In this document: positions 41,178-51,889 of the stretch, piece after piece
How positions within the stretch are numbered: the first letter of the stretch is position 1
How the letters are laid out: every line of letters starts with the position of its first letter
NCBI GenBank assembly: GCA_963708025.1
Contig: CAVPSB010000034.1
Span: 32,001 to 96,000 of the forward strand
Length of the DNA stretch: 64,000 nucleotides
Direction of reading: 5' to 3'
DNA from: an uncultured Candidatus Rokubacteria bacterium
GTDB lineage: Bacteria; Methylomirabilota; Methylomirabilia; Rokubacteriales; DASRDR01
Made by a program: the position numbers and the translations under genes
The notes under the pieces: model-generated
The model's database searches: none
The model's input: only the letters and a program-made list of their open reading frames with translations
Told to the model about the DNA's origin: nothing

Positions 41178-42284
41178 ATGACACGGATCCGGATCGGCGT
41201 CGTCGGCTGCGGGCTGATCGCCCAGATGATGCACATCCCGCACCTGGCGGAGCTGGACGACCTCTACGAGATCACCGCCCTCTGCGACGTCTCACCGGGC
41301 GCGCTGGCCTTCGTCGGCGACCGCTACCGGGTGGCCCGGCGTCACGGCGACTGGCGGACCCTGGTCCGCGAGCCGCTCGATGCCGTGCTGATCGCCACCG
41401 CCGGGTCGCATGCCCCCATCGCCCTGGCCGCCCTCCGTGCCGGCAAGCACGTGCTCACCGAGAAGCCGATGTGTTACACGCTGCGGGAGGCCGACGAGAT
41501 CGTCGAGACGGTTGGCGCCACCGGGCTCACCTTCATGGTGGCGTACATGAAGCGCTACGACCCGGGTTACCGGGCGGCGATCGCGGCGCTCCCGGCGGTC
41601 GTTCCCGATCTGCGCTACGTCCAGGTCACCGTCTTGCATCCGTCGGAGAAGGCCCAGATCGACCATCACGACATCCGCCGGTTCCGGGACGTGCCGGCCG
41701 ACGTGCTCGCGCGGCTGCGGGCGGAGGAGGACGAGGTCATCCGGGAGGCGATCGGAGAGTTTACGTCCCGGGAGCGGGTGGCGTTCAGCGAGGCCCTGCT
41801 GTCCACGCTCGTACACGACGTCAACGCGGTGAGGGGCCTCGTCGGCGATCCAGCCGAGGTGGTGGCCACGGAGTTCTGGGCGGGAGCCGAGTCGGTGGTG
41901 AGCTTGCTCCGGTACCCGCAGGGCTTTCGCGTCTTCGTGAGCCTCCAGTACCTCTGGGACCTCGCCGACTACCGCGAGGAGATCGGCCTCTACGCCCCCG
42001 GCGCCCGCCTGCGGCTCTGCTTCCCCTCCCCGTTCTTCCGGAACGAGCCCACGCCGGTCCTCCTGTCCGGGATGGAGGGCGAGGTGGCCTGGGAGAAGCG
42101 CATCGTGGTCTCCCACCGGGAGGCGTTCAAGGAGGAGTTGCTCCACTTCGCCGAGTGTGTCCGGCAGGGGCGCAAGCCCCTCACGTCGGCGGAAGACGGG
42201 CGTGGCGACATCCAGTGGCTCCACCGGATGTGGCAGGCGCGCACGCTGCGGTCGATGCAGGAGCTGCGCGAGACAGTGTCCTGA
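41178..42284 (+). CDS. Gfo/Idh/MocA oxidoreductase
   Basis: GCGLIA, 'GKHVLTEKP', 'YMKRYDP'. Confidence 0.92.
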   Translation: MTRIRIGVVGCGLIAQMMHIPHLAELDDLYEITALCDVSPGALAFVGDRYRVARRHGDWRTLVREPLDAVLIATAGSHAPIALAALRAGKHVLTEKPMCYTLREADEIVETVGATGLTFMVAYMKRYDPGYRAAIAALPAVVPDLRYVQVTVLHPSEKAQIDHHDIRRFRDVPADVLARLRAEEDEVIREAIGEFTSRERVAFSEALLSTLVHDVNAVRGLVGDPAEVVATEFWAGAESVVSLLRYPQGFRVFVSLQYLWDLADYREEIGLYAPGARLRLCFPSPFFRNEPTPVLLSGMEGEVAWEKRIVVSHREAFKEELLHFAECVRQGRKPLTSAEDGRGDIQWLHRMWQARTLRSMQELRETVS

Positions 42285-42362
42285 CGGGCGGCGCCGCCGC
42301 CGCCCGGCGGAGTGAGGGCTCGCTGCTTTGACACACTCCGCGAATCTCCGTAGAGTGGCGGT

Positions 42363-43226
42363 GTGTCGGTTGGAGGGTCGGGAGCGCCGCCGGACTTCGT
42401 CGCCGTCGGCCATCTGACGGTTGACGAGCTGCCGGGGGGTCTCAGGCCGGGCGGCTCGGTGCTGTACGCCGGGCTGATGGCGCATCGCCAGGGGCTGCGC
42501 GTGGGGCTGGTGACGAGCTACGGCCCGGACTTCCCACGCGACGTCCTGCCGCCCGAGATCGAGGTGGTGACGGTCCCGGCGCCGGCCACGACGCGCTTCG
42601 CGCTGCACTACGGGCCGGCAGGCCGGACGCTCACGCTGCGTGCCCGCGCCACCACGCTGGCGCCCCTCTACCTCCCCGAGCACTTCGCCGAAGCCGGGCT
42701 CGCGTACCTGGCGCCGGTCGCCGACGAGGTCTCCCCCGACTTCGCCGGCGCGTTCCCGAATGCGGCCGTCGGCGTCGGGGCCCAGGGCTGGTGCCGCCGC
42801 TTCGGCCGCGACGGGACGGTCAGCATGCGTCCCTGGCCCGATCCGGACCCGGTGCTCGGCCACGCCCAGGCGTTGTTCCTCTCGGAGGACGACGTCGCCG
42901 GCTGGGCGGCGCAGGCCCTCACGCTCTACCAGCGGGTCCCGGTCGGCGCGCTCACGCTCGCCGCCCGGGGCGCGATCCTGTTCGTCAACGGCGAGCGGTA
43001 TCCGGTCGCCCCGGCGCCGGCCACCGAGGTGGAGCCGACCGGCGCCGGGGACGTCTTCGCCGCGGCGTTTCTCATCCGCTACAACAGCAGCGGCGATCCC
43101 TTCGAGGCGGCCGCGTTCGCCGCCGTGGCCGGCGCCCTCACCGTAGAGGCCGAAGGCACCGCCGGGGTGCCGACGCGCGAGCAGCTGGCGCAGCGCTGGC
43201 GCCGGTTCCAGTCCGCCGGGCGCTAG
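42363..43226 (+). CDS. PfkB family carbohydrate kinase
   Basis: 'PGGSVLY', 'EPTGAGDVF'; TTGACA-17-TAGAGT (42328-42356) just upstream. Confidence 0.9.
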   Translation: MSVGGSGAPPDFVAVGHLTVDELPGGLRPGGSVLYAGLMAHRQGLRVGLVTSYGPDFPRDVLPPEIEVVTVPAPATTRFALHYGPAGRTLTLRARATTLAPLYLPEHFAEAGLAYLAPVADEVSPDFAGAFPNAAVGVGAQGWCRRFGRDGTVSMRPWPDPDPVLGHAQALFLSEDDVAGWAAQALTLYQRVPVGALTLAARGAILFVNGERYPVAPAPATEVEPTGAGDVFAAAFLIRYNSSGDPFEAAAFAAVAGALTVEAEGTAGVPTREQLAQRWRRFQSAGR

Positions 43227-43365
43227 AACTTCGGGGGGTTTCGGAAGCCCCCCCGGATGAGTCTCAGGGGCGGAGCCGAGGAGCGATCAGCGCCCACAGG
43301 CCGAAGGCCGTCCGAACGACGACCATAGGTCGGGACGGACGCCCCCAGCCCGAAGGCCATCCGAT
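43223..43365 (+). repeat. Intergenic repeat family B
   Basis: CTAG, GGGGGGTTTCGGAAGCCCCCC hairpin, GCGCCCACAGGCCGAAGGCCGTCCGA, second GCCCGAAGGCC. Confidence 0.8.
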
Positions 43366-43426
43366 CGACGTAGGCCGAGCGCGTCACGACCGAGATGAAC
43401 GTTGCAACGCTCATCGGCCCCGCCCG

Positions 43427-44221
43427 TCAGACGCCGCGGGAGCGGGCGTCTCGCAGCATGTCGATCAGGACCTGCCGGCTCTCCTCGGCGGTGGTGACCT
43501 GGCGGGGGAACGGAATGCGCGCGGCGTGGACGCGGTCGCCGTGCTTGATGCGGAGCTTGAAGCCGAGGCGATCCACGCCGACCATCGATGCCTCGTCGGC
43601 CTCGGCGCCGGCCAGGACGCGGGCGAAGGTGACCAGCGCGTCGGCGTGGTCCTGGTTCATGTGGCTCATGATGCCGGCGGCGACGTCGGCGAGCGGATCG
43701 GGGCCGGCGGTGCGGTATCCCTCGGCATCCACCCAGTCCATCGCCGCGAACCCCCCGACGACGTAGACGTCCTCGACCGCGAGGTGGTAGAAGGCGAAGT
43801 CCCGGAAGTCCATCCAGTAGGCGGCGTTCGGGTGGCGGGCCAGGTATGCGGCCCGGACGGCCTCGTCGCCGTCGATCCGCGTGGCCCGCCCCATCAGCGT
43901 GACCCGTCCGACGGCCAGCGGATCGCCGGGGCCGTCGGTCTCCGTCACCAGCAGGCTCGCCCGCGGGTCCGCGTGGAGGTTCTGGGTGTGCATGGCCAGC
44001 GTGCTGATCAGGAACAGCGGCTGGCCGGCCGCGTCGATCGCGTAGGGCATGACCGAGGCGAACGGATGCCCGGGGTGCTTGCGGGACAGGGTGGCCAGGG
44101 CGCCCGTTCGCCCCCGATGGACCAGCGTCCGGGCTCGCTCCGCGTAGCTCGGCTCCGGGACCGGCGGGGTCGCCGGCTCCGGCTCACCGGGCGGCCCGGC
44201 GTGGCGGTCCGGGCGGCTCAC
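43427..44221 (-). CDS. HugZ/pyridoxamine 5'-phosphate oxidase-like protein with DUF2470 domain
   Basis: 'LAMHTQNL..DPRASLLV', 'GGFA', 'HMNQDH', 'VDRLG'. Confidence 0.88.
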   Translation of the reverse strand: MSRPDRHAGPPGEPEPATPPVPEPSYAERARTLVHRGRTGALATLSRKHPGHPFASVMPYAIDAAGQPLFLISTLAMHTQNLHADPRASLLVTETDGPGDPLAVGRVTLMGRATRIDGDEAVRAAYLARHPNAAYWMDFRDFAFYHLAVEDVYVVGGFAAMDWVDAEGYRTAGPDPLADVAAGIMSHMNQDHADALVTFARVLAGAEADEASMVGVDRLGFKLRIKHGDRVHAARIPFPRQVTTAEESRQVLIDMLRDARSRGV

Positions 44222-45210
44222 CGCGCTGGCCTCGCCACGAAGCCCATCCGCTCGTACATCTGCCGCAGCGTGGGCGCCGAGACCGCCCGCGCCCGCTCGG
44301 CGCCGCGCGCGAGGAGGCGCCCGAGCTCCGCGGGGTCGTCCCGGAGCGCCTCGTAGCGCTTCCGGATCGGCTCCAGCAGCGCGATCACCGCCTCGCCCAC
44401 CTCCGCCTTGAACGTCCCGTAGCCCTGCCCCGCATAGCGGGTCTCGATCGCCTCGGGCGACTCGCCGGTCGCCACCGACAGGATCTCGATGAGGTTCGAG
44501 ATCCCCGCCTTGTCCGGGGCGCGCCGGACCTCACGGCCGGAGTCGGTCACCGCGCTCTTGAACTTCGCCCGGATGGTCTCCGGCGGGTCCAGGACCTGGA
44601 CGGTGCCCGCCGGCGTTCCGCCCGTCGTCAACATCTTCCGCGTGGGGTCCTGGAGGTCCATGACCCGGGCCCCCACCGCCGGGTACACGCCCTCGGGGAG
44701 GACGAACGTCTCGCCGAAGCGCGCGTTGAAGCGCGCCGCCACGTCGCGGGCCAGCTCGAGGTGCTGGCGCTGGTCGTCACCGATCGGGACGCGGTGGGTC
44801 TGGTAGAGGAGGATGTCGGCCGCCATCAGGACGGGGTAGGTGAAGAGCCCGACGGAGACGACTTCCTGCCGCTCGGCCTTGTCCTTGAACTGCGTCATCC
44901 GCCGCAGCTCGCCGAAGCTCGCGACGGCGCCGAGCAGCCAGGCGGCCTCGGCGTGGGCGGGGACGTGGCTCTGGGCGAAGACCGTGGAGCGCTCGGGATC
45001 GAGCCCGATGGCGAAGAGCATGGCGGCGAGGTCCAGCGTGCGGGTCCGGAGGTCTTCCGGGTCGTAGCCGACCGTGATCGAGTGGAGATCCACGATGCAG
45101 AAGAAGGCCTCCCCCTGCTCCTGCATCGCCGCGTACTGTCGAAAGCCGCCGGAGTAGTTGCCGAGGTGCTTTGCCCCGGTCGGCTGGATGCCCGAAAAGA
45201 TGCGCATCAC
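44218..45210 (-). CDS. trpS: Tryptophanyl-tRNA synthetase
   Basis: FSGIQPTG, HLGNY, YPVLMAADIL, GDDQRQHLE. Confidence 0.95.
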   Translation of the reverse strand: MMRIFSGIQPTGAKHLGNYSGGFRQYAAMQEQGEAFFCIVDLHSITVGYDPEDLRTRTLDLAAMLFAIGLDPERSTVFAQSHVPAHAEAAWLLGAVASFGELRRMTQFKDKAERQEVVSVGLFTYPVLMAADILLYQTHRVPIGDDQRQHLELARDVAARFNARFGETFVLPEGVYPAVGARVMDLQDPTRKMLTTGGTPAGTVQVLDPPETIRAKFKSAVTDSGREVRRAPDKAGISNLIEILSVATGESPEAIETRYAGQGYGTFKAEVGEAVIALLEPIRKRYEALRDDPAELGRLLARGAERARAVSAPTLRQMYERMGFVARPAR

Positions 45211-46331
45211 GACGGTTTCGTCTCCACGGCCTGGCCGGCCCGGATGGCGCCGGCCGGGACCAGGCGTCGGGTGGCGGTCACCTTCTCCCCCTGGGCGTCC
45301 TCCAGATCGAATCGACCCTCCTCGAGGGCGAGCAGCGTCACGTCGGCGACCGAGCCCGGCCGGAGCGTCCCCAGCGCGGCCGCGCCCCGCAGCGCCCGGG
45401 CCGGCGCCGCCGTCGTCATCGCGATCACCTCGTCCAGCGGGAAACCCAGGTGGAGGAACTTCGACATGGTGGTGGCGAGGTCGAAGACGGGACCGGCAAG
45501 GTTGTAGACGTGCAGGTCGCTCGAGATGGTCCCGGGCCGGAAGCCCTGGGCCAGCGCCTGTCGGGCGACCGCGAACGCGAAGGAGCCCTTGCCGTGCCCG
45601 ACGTCGAAGTGGACCCCGCGGCCGTCCGCCCGCCGGGCCTCGCCCAGCACCTGGCCCCGGTCGTCGAGGATGCCTTGCCCGCGGCCGTGGAAGCAGTGGG
45701 TCACGATGTCCCCGGACCGCAGCTCGACCAGGATCTCGCCGAGCGGCATGGGGGTGTCGCCGACGTGGACCATGATCGGCAGCCGCGTGGCCTCCGAGGT
45801 CTCCAGCGCGGTCTTCAGCGCGAGCCGGCCGTTCTGGCCCACCAGGTCGCGTGAGAGCCGGACCTTGATCCCCTGGATCAGGTCGCGGTGGGTCTCGATC
45901 GCGCGAAGGGCCGCCGCCTTGTCGATGAACTCGACCAGGGCCAGCTCGCCCACGTCGGGGGAGAGCATGCCGGTGGCGCCGATGTTGAGGAAGGGCAGGA
46001 TCCGCGTCCGGGCGACCTCGATGACGTACCGGCGGAAGACCGGGAAGGTGAGGGCTCCCGCCGAGCCGGCGTCGGCGACGGTCGTCGTCCCGCTGGCCAG
46101 GCAGTGAGGGTCCGGGTCGATCCCGTAGTGCGAGCCGCCCCAGAAGACGTGGACGTGGAGGTCGATCAGGCCGGGGACGACCAGCCGGCCGCGCGCGTCC
46201 ACGACCTCCTCGCCGGGCCGCGGCGCCAGCCCGTCGCCCAGCTCGGCCACCCGCCCGTCGGCAAGCCGCACGTCGCGCAGGGCGTGCAGGCCCTGGCTGG
46301 GGTCGATGACGGTGCCGCCCCGGATGAGCAC
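45207..46331 (-). CDS. Amidohydrolase/deacetylase (dihydroorotase-like)
   Basis: 'PGLIDLHVH', 'DAGSAG', 'THCFHG', 'DVGHG', 'ISSDLH'. Confidence 0.9.
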   Translation of the reverse strand: MLIRGGTVIDPSQGLHALRDVRLADGRVAELGDGLAPRPGEEVVDARGRLVVPGLIDLHVHVFWGGSHYGIDPDPHCLASGTTTVADAGSAGALTFPVFRRYVIEVARTRILPFLNIGATGMLSPDVGELALVEFIDKAAALRAIETHRDLIQGIKVRLSRDLVGQNGRLALKTALETSEATRLPIMVHVGDTPMPLGEILVELRSGDIVTHCFHGRGQGILDDRGQVLGEARRADGRGVHFDVGHGKGSFAFAVARQALAQGFRPGTISSDLHVYNLAGPVFDLATTMSKFLHLGFPLDEVIAMTTAAPARALRGAAALGTLRPGSVADVTLLALEEGRFDLEDAQGEKVTATRRLVPAGAIRAGQAVETKPS

Positions 46332-46335
46332 CGGG

Positions 46336-47480
46336 CTACCGCCGTCCGAACGCCGGCATGACGTCCTTCGCGAACCACCGGAGCTGCTCCTTGAACTCGG
46401 CCGGCGGCACGCCCTCGGGCCAGTGGAGCATGAGCTGCTCGAGCCCGGGATACTTCGCCTCGTACTCCCGGATGAGCGCGATGCAGTCGGCCGGCGGGCC
46501 GACCATCCAGGCCTTCTGCTCGACGCCCTCCTGGATGGTCGGCGACCCGGGCCGGGGCGCCCGGGGTGCCCCACGGCCGGCCCTCGGGGTCGGCGTAGCG
46601 CACGAAGCCGAACGGCGCGAACCACTTGTAGCGCTCGTCGTGGGCCGGCTCGACCTGCCGGATGGCCGCCTCCCGGCTCTCGGCCATGTAGAAGCCGAGC
46701 CCGAGACAGAGGTTCTCCCCCAAGTCGAGCTGCCGGCCGTACTTCGCGCACGCATCCCGGTAGGCCCGGAACACCTGGTCGGTGATCCGCTCGCCGTTCA
46801 GGGTCACCATGCCCTTGATCCCGTGCCGGGCCATGAAGTCGATGCTCTTGCCGCTCGCGATCGGCTGCCAGATCTCGACCGGCCGGTGGATCGGCCGGGG
46901 GACCAGGGTCACCTCGGTCAGCTCGTAGCCCCGGTACGGGATCGGCGGCGGCACCGTGTAGTGCTTGCCCTTGTGGGAGAAGGCCTCCTCGTTCCAGGCC
47001 TTCAGCATCAGCTCGAACTGCTCCTCGAACAGCGCCTGGTTGGCCGCCTGGTCGAGCACGGGCGCCCCGAACGACTCGACCTCTCGGGAGTGGTAGCCGC
47101 GGCCGATCCCCATGACCACCCGGCCGTTCGTCAGGATGTCGGCCACCGCGTAGTCCTCGGCGAGGCGGATCGGGTGCCACATCGGCAGGATGTTGAAGGC
47201 GCAGCCCGTGCTTGAGCCGCCGGGTCACGGCGGCCAGGTAGGTCCCGAGCAGGATCAGGTTCGGGAAGACCTCGTAGCCCTCGCGCTGGAAGTGGTGCTC
47301 CGCCGTCCACAGGGTGTGGTAGCCCAGCTCGTCCATGAGCTGCGCCACGTCGACCACGGTGCGGTAGGCCTCGACGAGGCGCTCGTTCGGGTAGCGCCGC
47401 GCGTCGGCGGGCGTGCCGGCCTTGCCGATGTCGTCGAGCTCGATCTGGCCGACGTAGAGCACGGAGAACTGGTGGATCAT
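46336..47480 (-). CDS. LLM-class flavin-dependent oxidoreductase, frameshifts near 47205 and 46550
   Basis: 'AEHHF', 'WHPIRLAEDYA', 'GRGYH', 'FAKDVMPAF' split over frames. Confidence 0.85.
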
Positions 47481-47606
47481 CGGGCCTCCATCGCGCGTCG
47501 GGTGTGGGAGCCGCTCACGCGATTCTAGCCCGAGTCGGGGAACAAGTCAGGTGGGGGCCGGTGACCGCCGGTGATGGGCCCGGTCCGGCTCGGGCCCGAG
47601 CCCGGC

Positions 47607-47835
47607 TCAGGGGCTCCGCCGGTCACCGGATCCAGGGTCGCCGGCGGCCGGCTGTTCCACCCCGGGCGCGAAGCGCCGGGGCGGCTCGTTCGCCCGGCGA
47701 TGGGATCCGGGGATGGTGCTCGGGTTGCCATCCCGGAGCGAGGTGAAGTGGGGCGACATGATCTCCACCCCGGCCGCGTTGAACGCGTCCTGGATGTGCT
47801 GGTGGAGCTCCCCGTAGATGCGATAGAGGCCGTGT
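47607..47835 (-). pseudogene. Orphan C-terminal fragment of a MscS mechanosensitive channel
   Basis: 'IYGELHQHIQDAFNAAGVEIMSPHFTSLRDGN'; no TM N-terminus upstream. Confidence 0.6.
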
Positions 47836-48043
47836 CGGCTGGACGCCGGCCCGGGGCCGGGGCGAGAATCCGGGGCTACCCCCTGAGCCCGGAGCCCCCT
47901 GGGCCGGGCGTCGGTGGCCTCGTGCCCGTCGGGATCATCCGTTGGATGGCGAAGGCGCGGCCCCGGCCAGACGACCGAAGGACCTCGGGGCGAGCCCGCC
48001 CCCACCGCTGACGCACATCGGGTAGGTCCCGGATGGACGCGGG

Positions 48044-48535
48044 CTACGCCACCTCGCGGAGGCGGCCCGACTTCACGTCGTAGACGAAGCCCCGCACGTG
48101 CTCCCGGTGGGGGACGAAGGGGCTGGCCTTGACGCGCGCGATGGACTGCCGCACGTCCTCGTCCAGGTCGGCGAAGCTCTCCAGGGCGAACGGCGGGCGG
48201 ATCCCCACCTCGGCCTGGATCTGCGCTTTCAACTCGCTGTCGGTGAACGTCAGCATGCCGCAGTCGGTGTGATGGATGAGCACGATCTCGCGAGTCCCCA
48301 GCAGCCGTTGCGAGATCGCCAGCGAGCGCACCGCGTCGTCGGTGACGGCGCCCCCGGCGTTCCGGATCACGTGGGCATCGCCCTCGTCGAGCCCGAGCAG
48401 GTCGTGGACGTCGAGCCGGGCGTCCATGCAGGCCACGACGGCGACGTGCCGGGCCGGCGGCAGCGGCAGGTGGCCCTTGTCGAACGCCGCCGCGTACCGC
48501 TCGTTGTTGTCGAGAAGCTGATCGGTCACGCTCAT
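48044..48535 (-). CDS. Beta-class carbonic anhydrase (small, clade D-like)
   Basis: CMDAR, RNAGG, HHTDCG. Confidence 0.93.
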   Translation of the reverse strand: MSVTDQLLDNNERYAAAFDKGHLPLPPARHVAVVACMDARLDVHDLLGLDEGDAHVIRNAGGAVTDDAVRSLAISQRLLGTREIVLIHHTDCGMLTFTDSELKAQIQAEVGIRPPFALESFADLDEDVRQSIARVKASPFVPHREHVRGFVYDVKSGRLREVA

Positions 48536-48569
48536 GGTTGTCTCCTCCTGTCTCCTGGTTGCGTTGCGG

Positions 48570-49016
48570 TCACCGGACGCTGGCCTCGAGCTCGAGCCGT
48601 CCCACCGCCCACTCCTCCTCGAGGGGGATCCCCGCGTAGGCGGGGACCGCCACGGCGGCGCTGACGCCGGGTACGACCTCCCACGGGATCCCGGCCGCCG
48701 CCAGCGCCTCGGCCTCCTCGCCGCCCCGGCCGAAGACGAACGGGTCGCCGCCTTTCAGCCGGACCACGCGCCGGCCGCGGCGCGCGTGGGCGACGAGGAG
48801 GGCGTTGATCTCCGTCTGGGGCAGACAGTGGGCGCCGGCCGCCTTGCCGGCGAAGACCCGGAGCGCCGCGGGTGACGCTTCGTCGAGCAGGGCCGGGTTG
48901 ACCAGACGGTCGTAGACGATCACGTCTGCGGTCCGCAGCAGCTCCAGCCCGCGGACGGTGAGGAGCCCGGGATCGCCCGGGCCCGCGCCGACCAGGTAGA
49001 CCGCGCCTACCGGCAT
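48570..49016 (-). pseudogene. cobA: Uroporphyrinogen-III C-methyltransferase, C-terminally truncated
   Basis: '[15 protein letters not shown]', '[16 protein letters not shown]'; breaks off after 'AGIPL'. Confidence 0.85.
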
Positions 49017-49019
49017 GCC

Positions 49020-49402
49020 GGCGCTCCGAGCCGCTCGAGGAGCCGCGCCCTGGCCTCGCCGTGGCGGCCCTCCGCCAGGAGCCGGCGGAGATCGCCGCTC
49101 AGGGCGCGCTGCCAGGCGTCCGCGCCGGCCCGGTAGCGACGGGCGCCCAGCTCCCGCCGGACGTCGGCGGCGAGGCGGCTCAGCGCCGCGTAGTCGTCGG
49201 TGAAGTAGCCTTCCAGCTCCTCCCGGATGGCGCGGGAGAGCGCGGGGCTCGTCCCCCCGTCGCCACCGCGACCTGCAGATCCCGCCGCAGGACGGAGGGG
49301 AGGATGAAGGCGCAGTGCGCGGGATCGTCCGCGGCGTTGACCCAGACGCCCCGCCGGTACCCCTCCCGGGCGACGGCCGCGTTGACTGCGCCATCGTCGG
49401 TG
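49020..49402 (-). pseudogene. Precorrin-2 dehydrogenase/ferrochelatase (SirC/CysG-N) fragment
   Basis: 'TDD.AVN...VNAADDP..C.FI.P', '[13 protein letters not shown]'; N-terminus missing, frameshifted. Confidence 0.75.
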
Positions 49403-50984
49403 GGAAGTTCTCGCCGAGGCGGCGCTCGGCGAGGTAGGCGCGGAGCAGGCGCTCGATCGCGCCCGGCACCTCGGTGGCGGGGAAGCGGTAGCCGATGGGC
49501 CGCGCCTTCGCCTGGTGCTCGCCGACGGCGCCGCCGACGCAGAAGTAGTAGGCGTCCACCAGCTGGCCGTCCACCTTGATCTTCTTGCCCTCGATGCCGA
49601 TGTCGGCGATCCAGTGCTGGCCGCAGCTGTTGGGGCAGCCGGTGACGTGGAGCTTCAGGTGCTGGTCGAAGCCCGGCAGCCGGTCCTCGAGTTCCTCCAC
49701 CAGCCAGCGCGCGAAACCCTTGGTCTCGGTAAGCGCCAGCTTGCAGAACTCGGTGCCGGTGCAGGCGACGGCGCCCCGCCAGAACGGCGAGGCGGTGAGC
49801 CGGAAGTCGGCCCGCCTCGGCTTCGGCGACCAGCGCGTCGGCGCGCTCGCGCGGGACGTTCAGGATCAGCAGGTTCTGCATGTTGGTGGTGCGCAGCTCG
49901 CCGGTCCCGTACCGGTCGGCCAGCTCGGCGGCCGCGCGCAGCTCCGCCGGCGTGAGTCCGGCCCCGCAGGACCGCCAGGCCGGCAGAGCAGTAGCCGGCC
50001 TGCTTCTGCGGGTGGATCCCGACGTGGTCGCGGTAGACGTCTTCGGGCGGCTCCTCCGGCACGGCCCGGTCCAGCGCGAAGCCGAGGCGCTGCTCGAGCT
50101 CGGCCTGGAAGCGCTCGGCGGTCCAGCCGTGGCTCAGGAAGAGGAACTTGAGCCGCGCCTTCTCGCGGTTCTGGCGCAGGACCTCGCTGTCGCGGAAGAT
50201 CTCGGAGACGCCCCGGACGACCGGGACCACCTGGCTCCAGCGGACGAAGGCGTCGAGCCGGACCGCGAGGTGCGGCATCGGTCGAGAGCCCGCCGCCGAC
50301 GCGCAGCGAGAAGCCGACCTCGCCGGTGTCCGGGTGGGGCACGGCGGTGAGCCCGACGTCGTTGATCTCGGGATACGAGCACCAGACCCGGCAGCCGGTG
50401 ATGGAGATCTTGTACTTGCGCGGGCAGGTTGTAGAAGTCGGCGTTGCCGTTGAGCAGGGCCGGTCGCCGCCTGGACCAGCGGCGAGGCATCGCGACCTCG
50501 TCGGCGTCCACGCCGGCCAGCGGGCAGCCGGTGATGTTGCGCGTGACGTCGCCGCACGCGCCCATGCTGGTGAGCCCGCGCTCCGCGAGGCGCTCGAGCA
50601 CCTCGGGCAGGTCCTCGATCGGGACCCAGTGGAGCTGGATGTTCTGGCGGACGGTGAGGTCGGCGACGCCCGCGGGCGTGACGCTCGGCGAGGTCGGCGA
50701 TGGTGCGGAGCTGGCGGGAGCGAAGGATGCCGTTGGGGATGCGGATGCGCACCATGAAGTAGGGGACGGCCTTGCCCTCGCCGCCCTTGCCGCCGACCGC
50801 GCCGACGCCGTCGCCCTGGGTGTAGACGCCCCACCACCGGAAGTACGTCCCCCACTCCGGGCGGAATGGCGCCGTGGCCCTCGCGGGCGAAGCGCTCGAT
50901 CTCCGCGCGGGCCTCCCAGGGGTTGAGGGCCCGCTTCAGGCGCTCGACCTTCTGGGCCTTGGTCTCCTTCACCGGCTCGGTCAT
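49400..50984 (-). pseudogene. Ferredoxin-type sulfite/nitrite reductase with about 8 frameshifts and a truncated C-terminus
   Basis: 'MVRIRIPNG', 'RNITGCP', 'RKYKISITGC', 'ACTG', '[12 protein letters not shown]' across frames. Confidence 0.85.
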
Positions 50985-51005
50985 CCCGTGCTCCTCTCGA
51001 GACGC

Positions 51006-51048
51006 AAAAAAGCCGAGCGGTGGGCTCCTCGCCCGGCCGCTCGGCTTT
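51006..51048 (-). terminator. Intrinsic terminator between the zinc-ribbon sORF and the sulfite reductase
   Basis: AAAGCCGAGCGG/CCGCTCGGCTTT stem plus T6 on the minus strand. Confidence 0.8.
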
Positions 51049-51088
51049 CCGTCGTTCGCTCGACTTTCGCCTTTTCGCCGGCTCTACG

Positions 51089-51277
51089 CTACGCGCTGTA
51101 CTTCAGGGGCACCTCCACCCAGGCCTTGCAGCGGGGACACTTCGCACGGGCGGACCCCGTGAGGCTGCTCACCCGCAGGATGGCGTTCCGGACCACGAGC
51201 CCCTCGTCGTCGGGCACGACGATCTTGGTCCGGCACACCGGGCACCGCCGGGGGAGCTGGGCTGCGGGCGCCTCCAT
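51089..51277 (-). CDS. 62-aa CxxC-CxxC zinc ribbon protein (Com-like)
   Basis: 'RCPVC...KCPRCK'; ATG 8 nt after the -10 box. Confidence 0.75.
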   Translation of the reverse strand: MEAPAAQLPRRCPVCRTKIVVPDDEGLVVRNAILRVSSLTGSARAKCPRCKAWVEVPLKYSA

Positions 51278-51285
51278 GTGCGGCA

Positions 51286-51310
51286 AAGCTACAGTTGTCT
51301 ATCGGGAAAG

Positions 51311-51314
<4 letters not shown>
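51286..51314 (-). promoter_or_regulatory. Sigma-70 promoter of the zinc-ribbon sORF/sulfite reductase operon
   Basis: TTGACT-17-TAGCTT on the minus strand. Confidence 0.65.

Positions 51315-51869
<555 letters not shown>

Positions 51870-51889
<20 letters not shown>

Noticed and set aside
45207-47480. LLM oxidoreductase-amidohydrolase fusion (757 aa)
   Set aside because: Artefact of frameshifts; two separate genes
51040-51080. c-di-GMP-I/GEMM riboswitch (GGC..AAA...GACGGAAAGCC resemblance)
   Set aside because: No recognisable second stem or tetraloop-receptor architecture; kept only as an unclassified leader structure pending an Rfam scan
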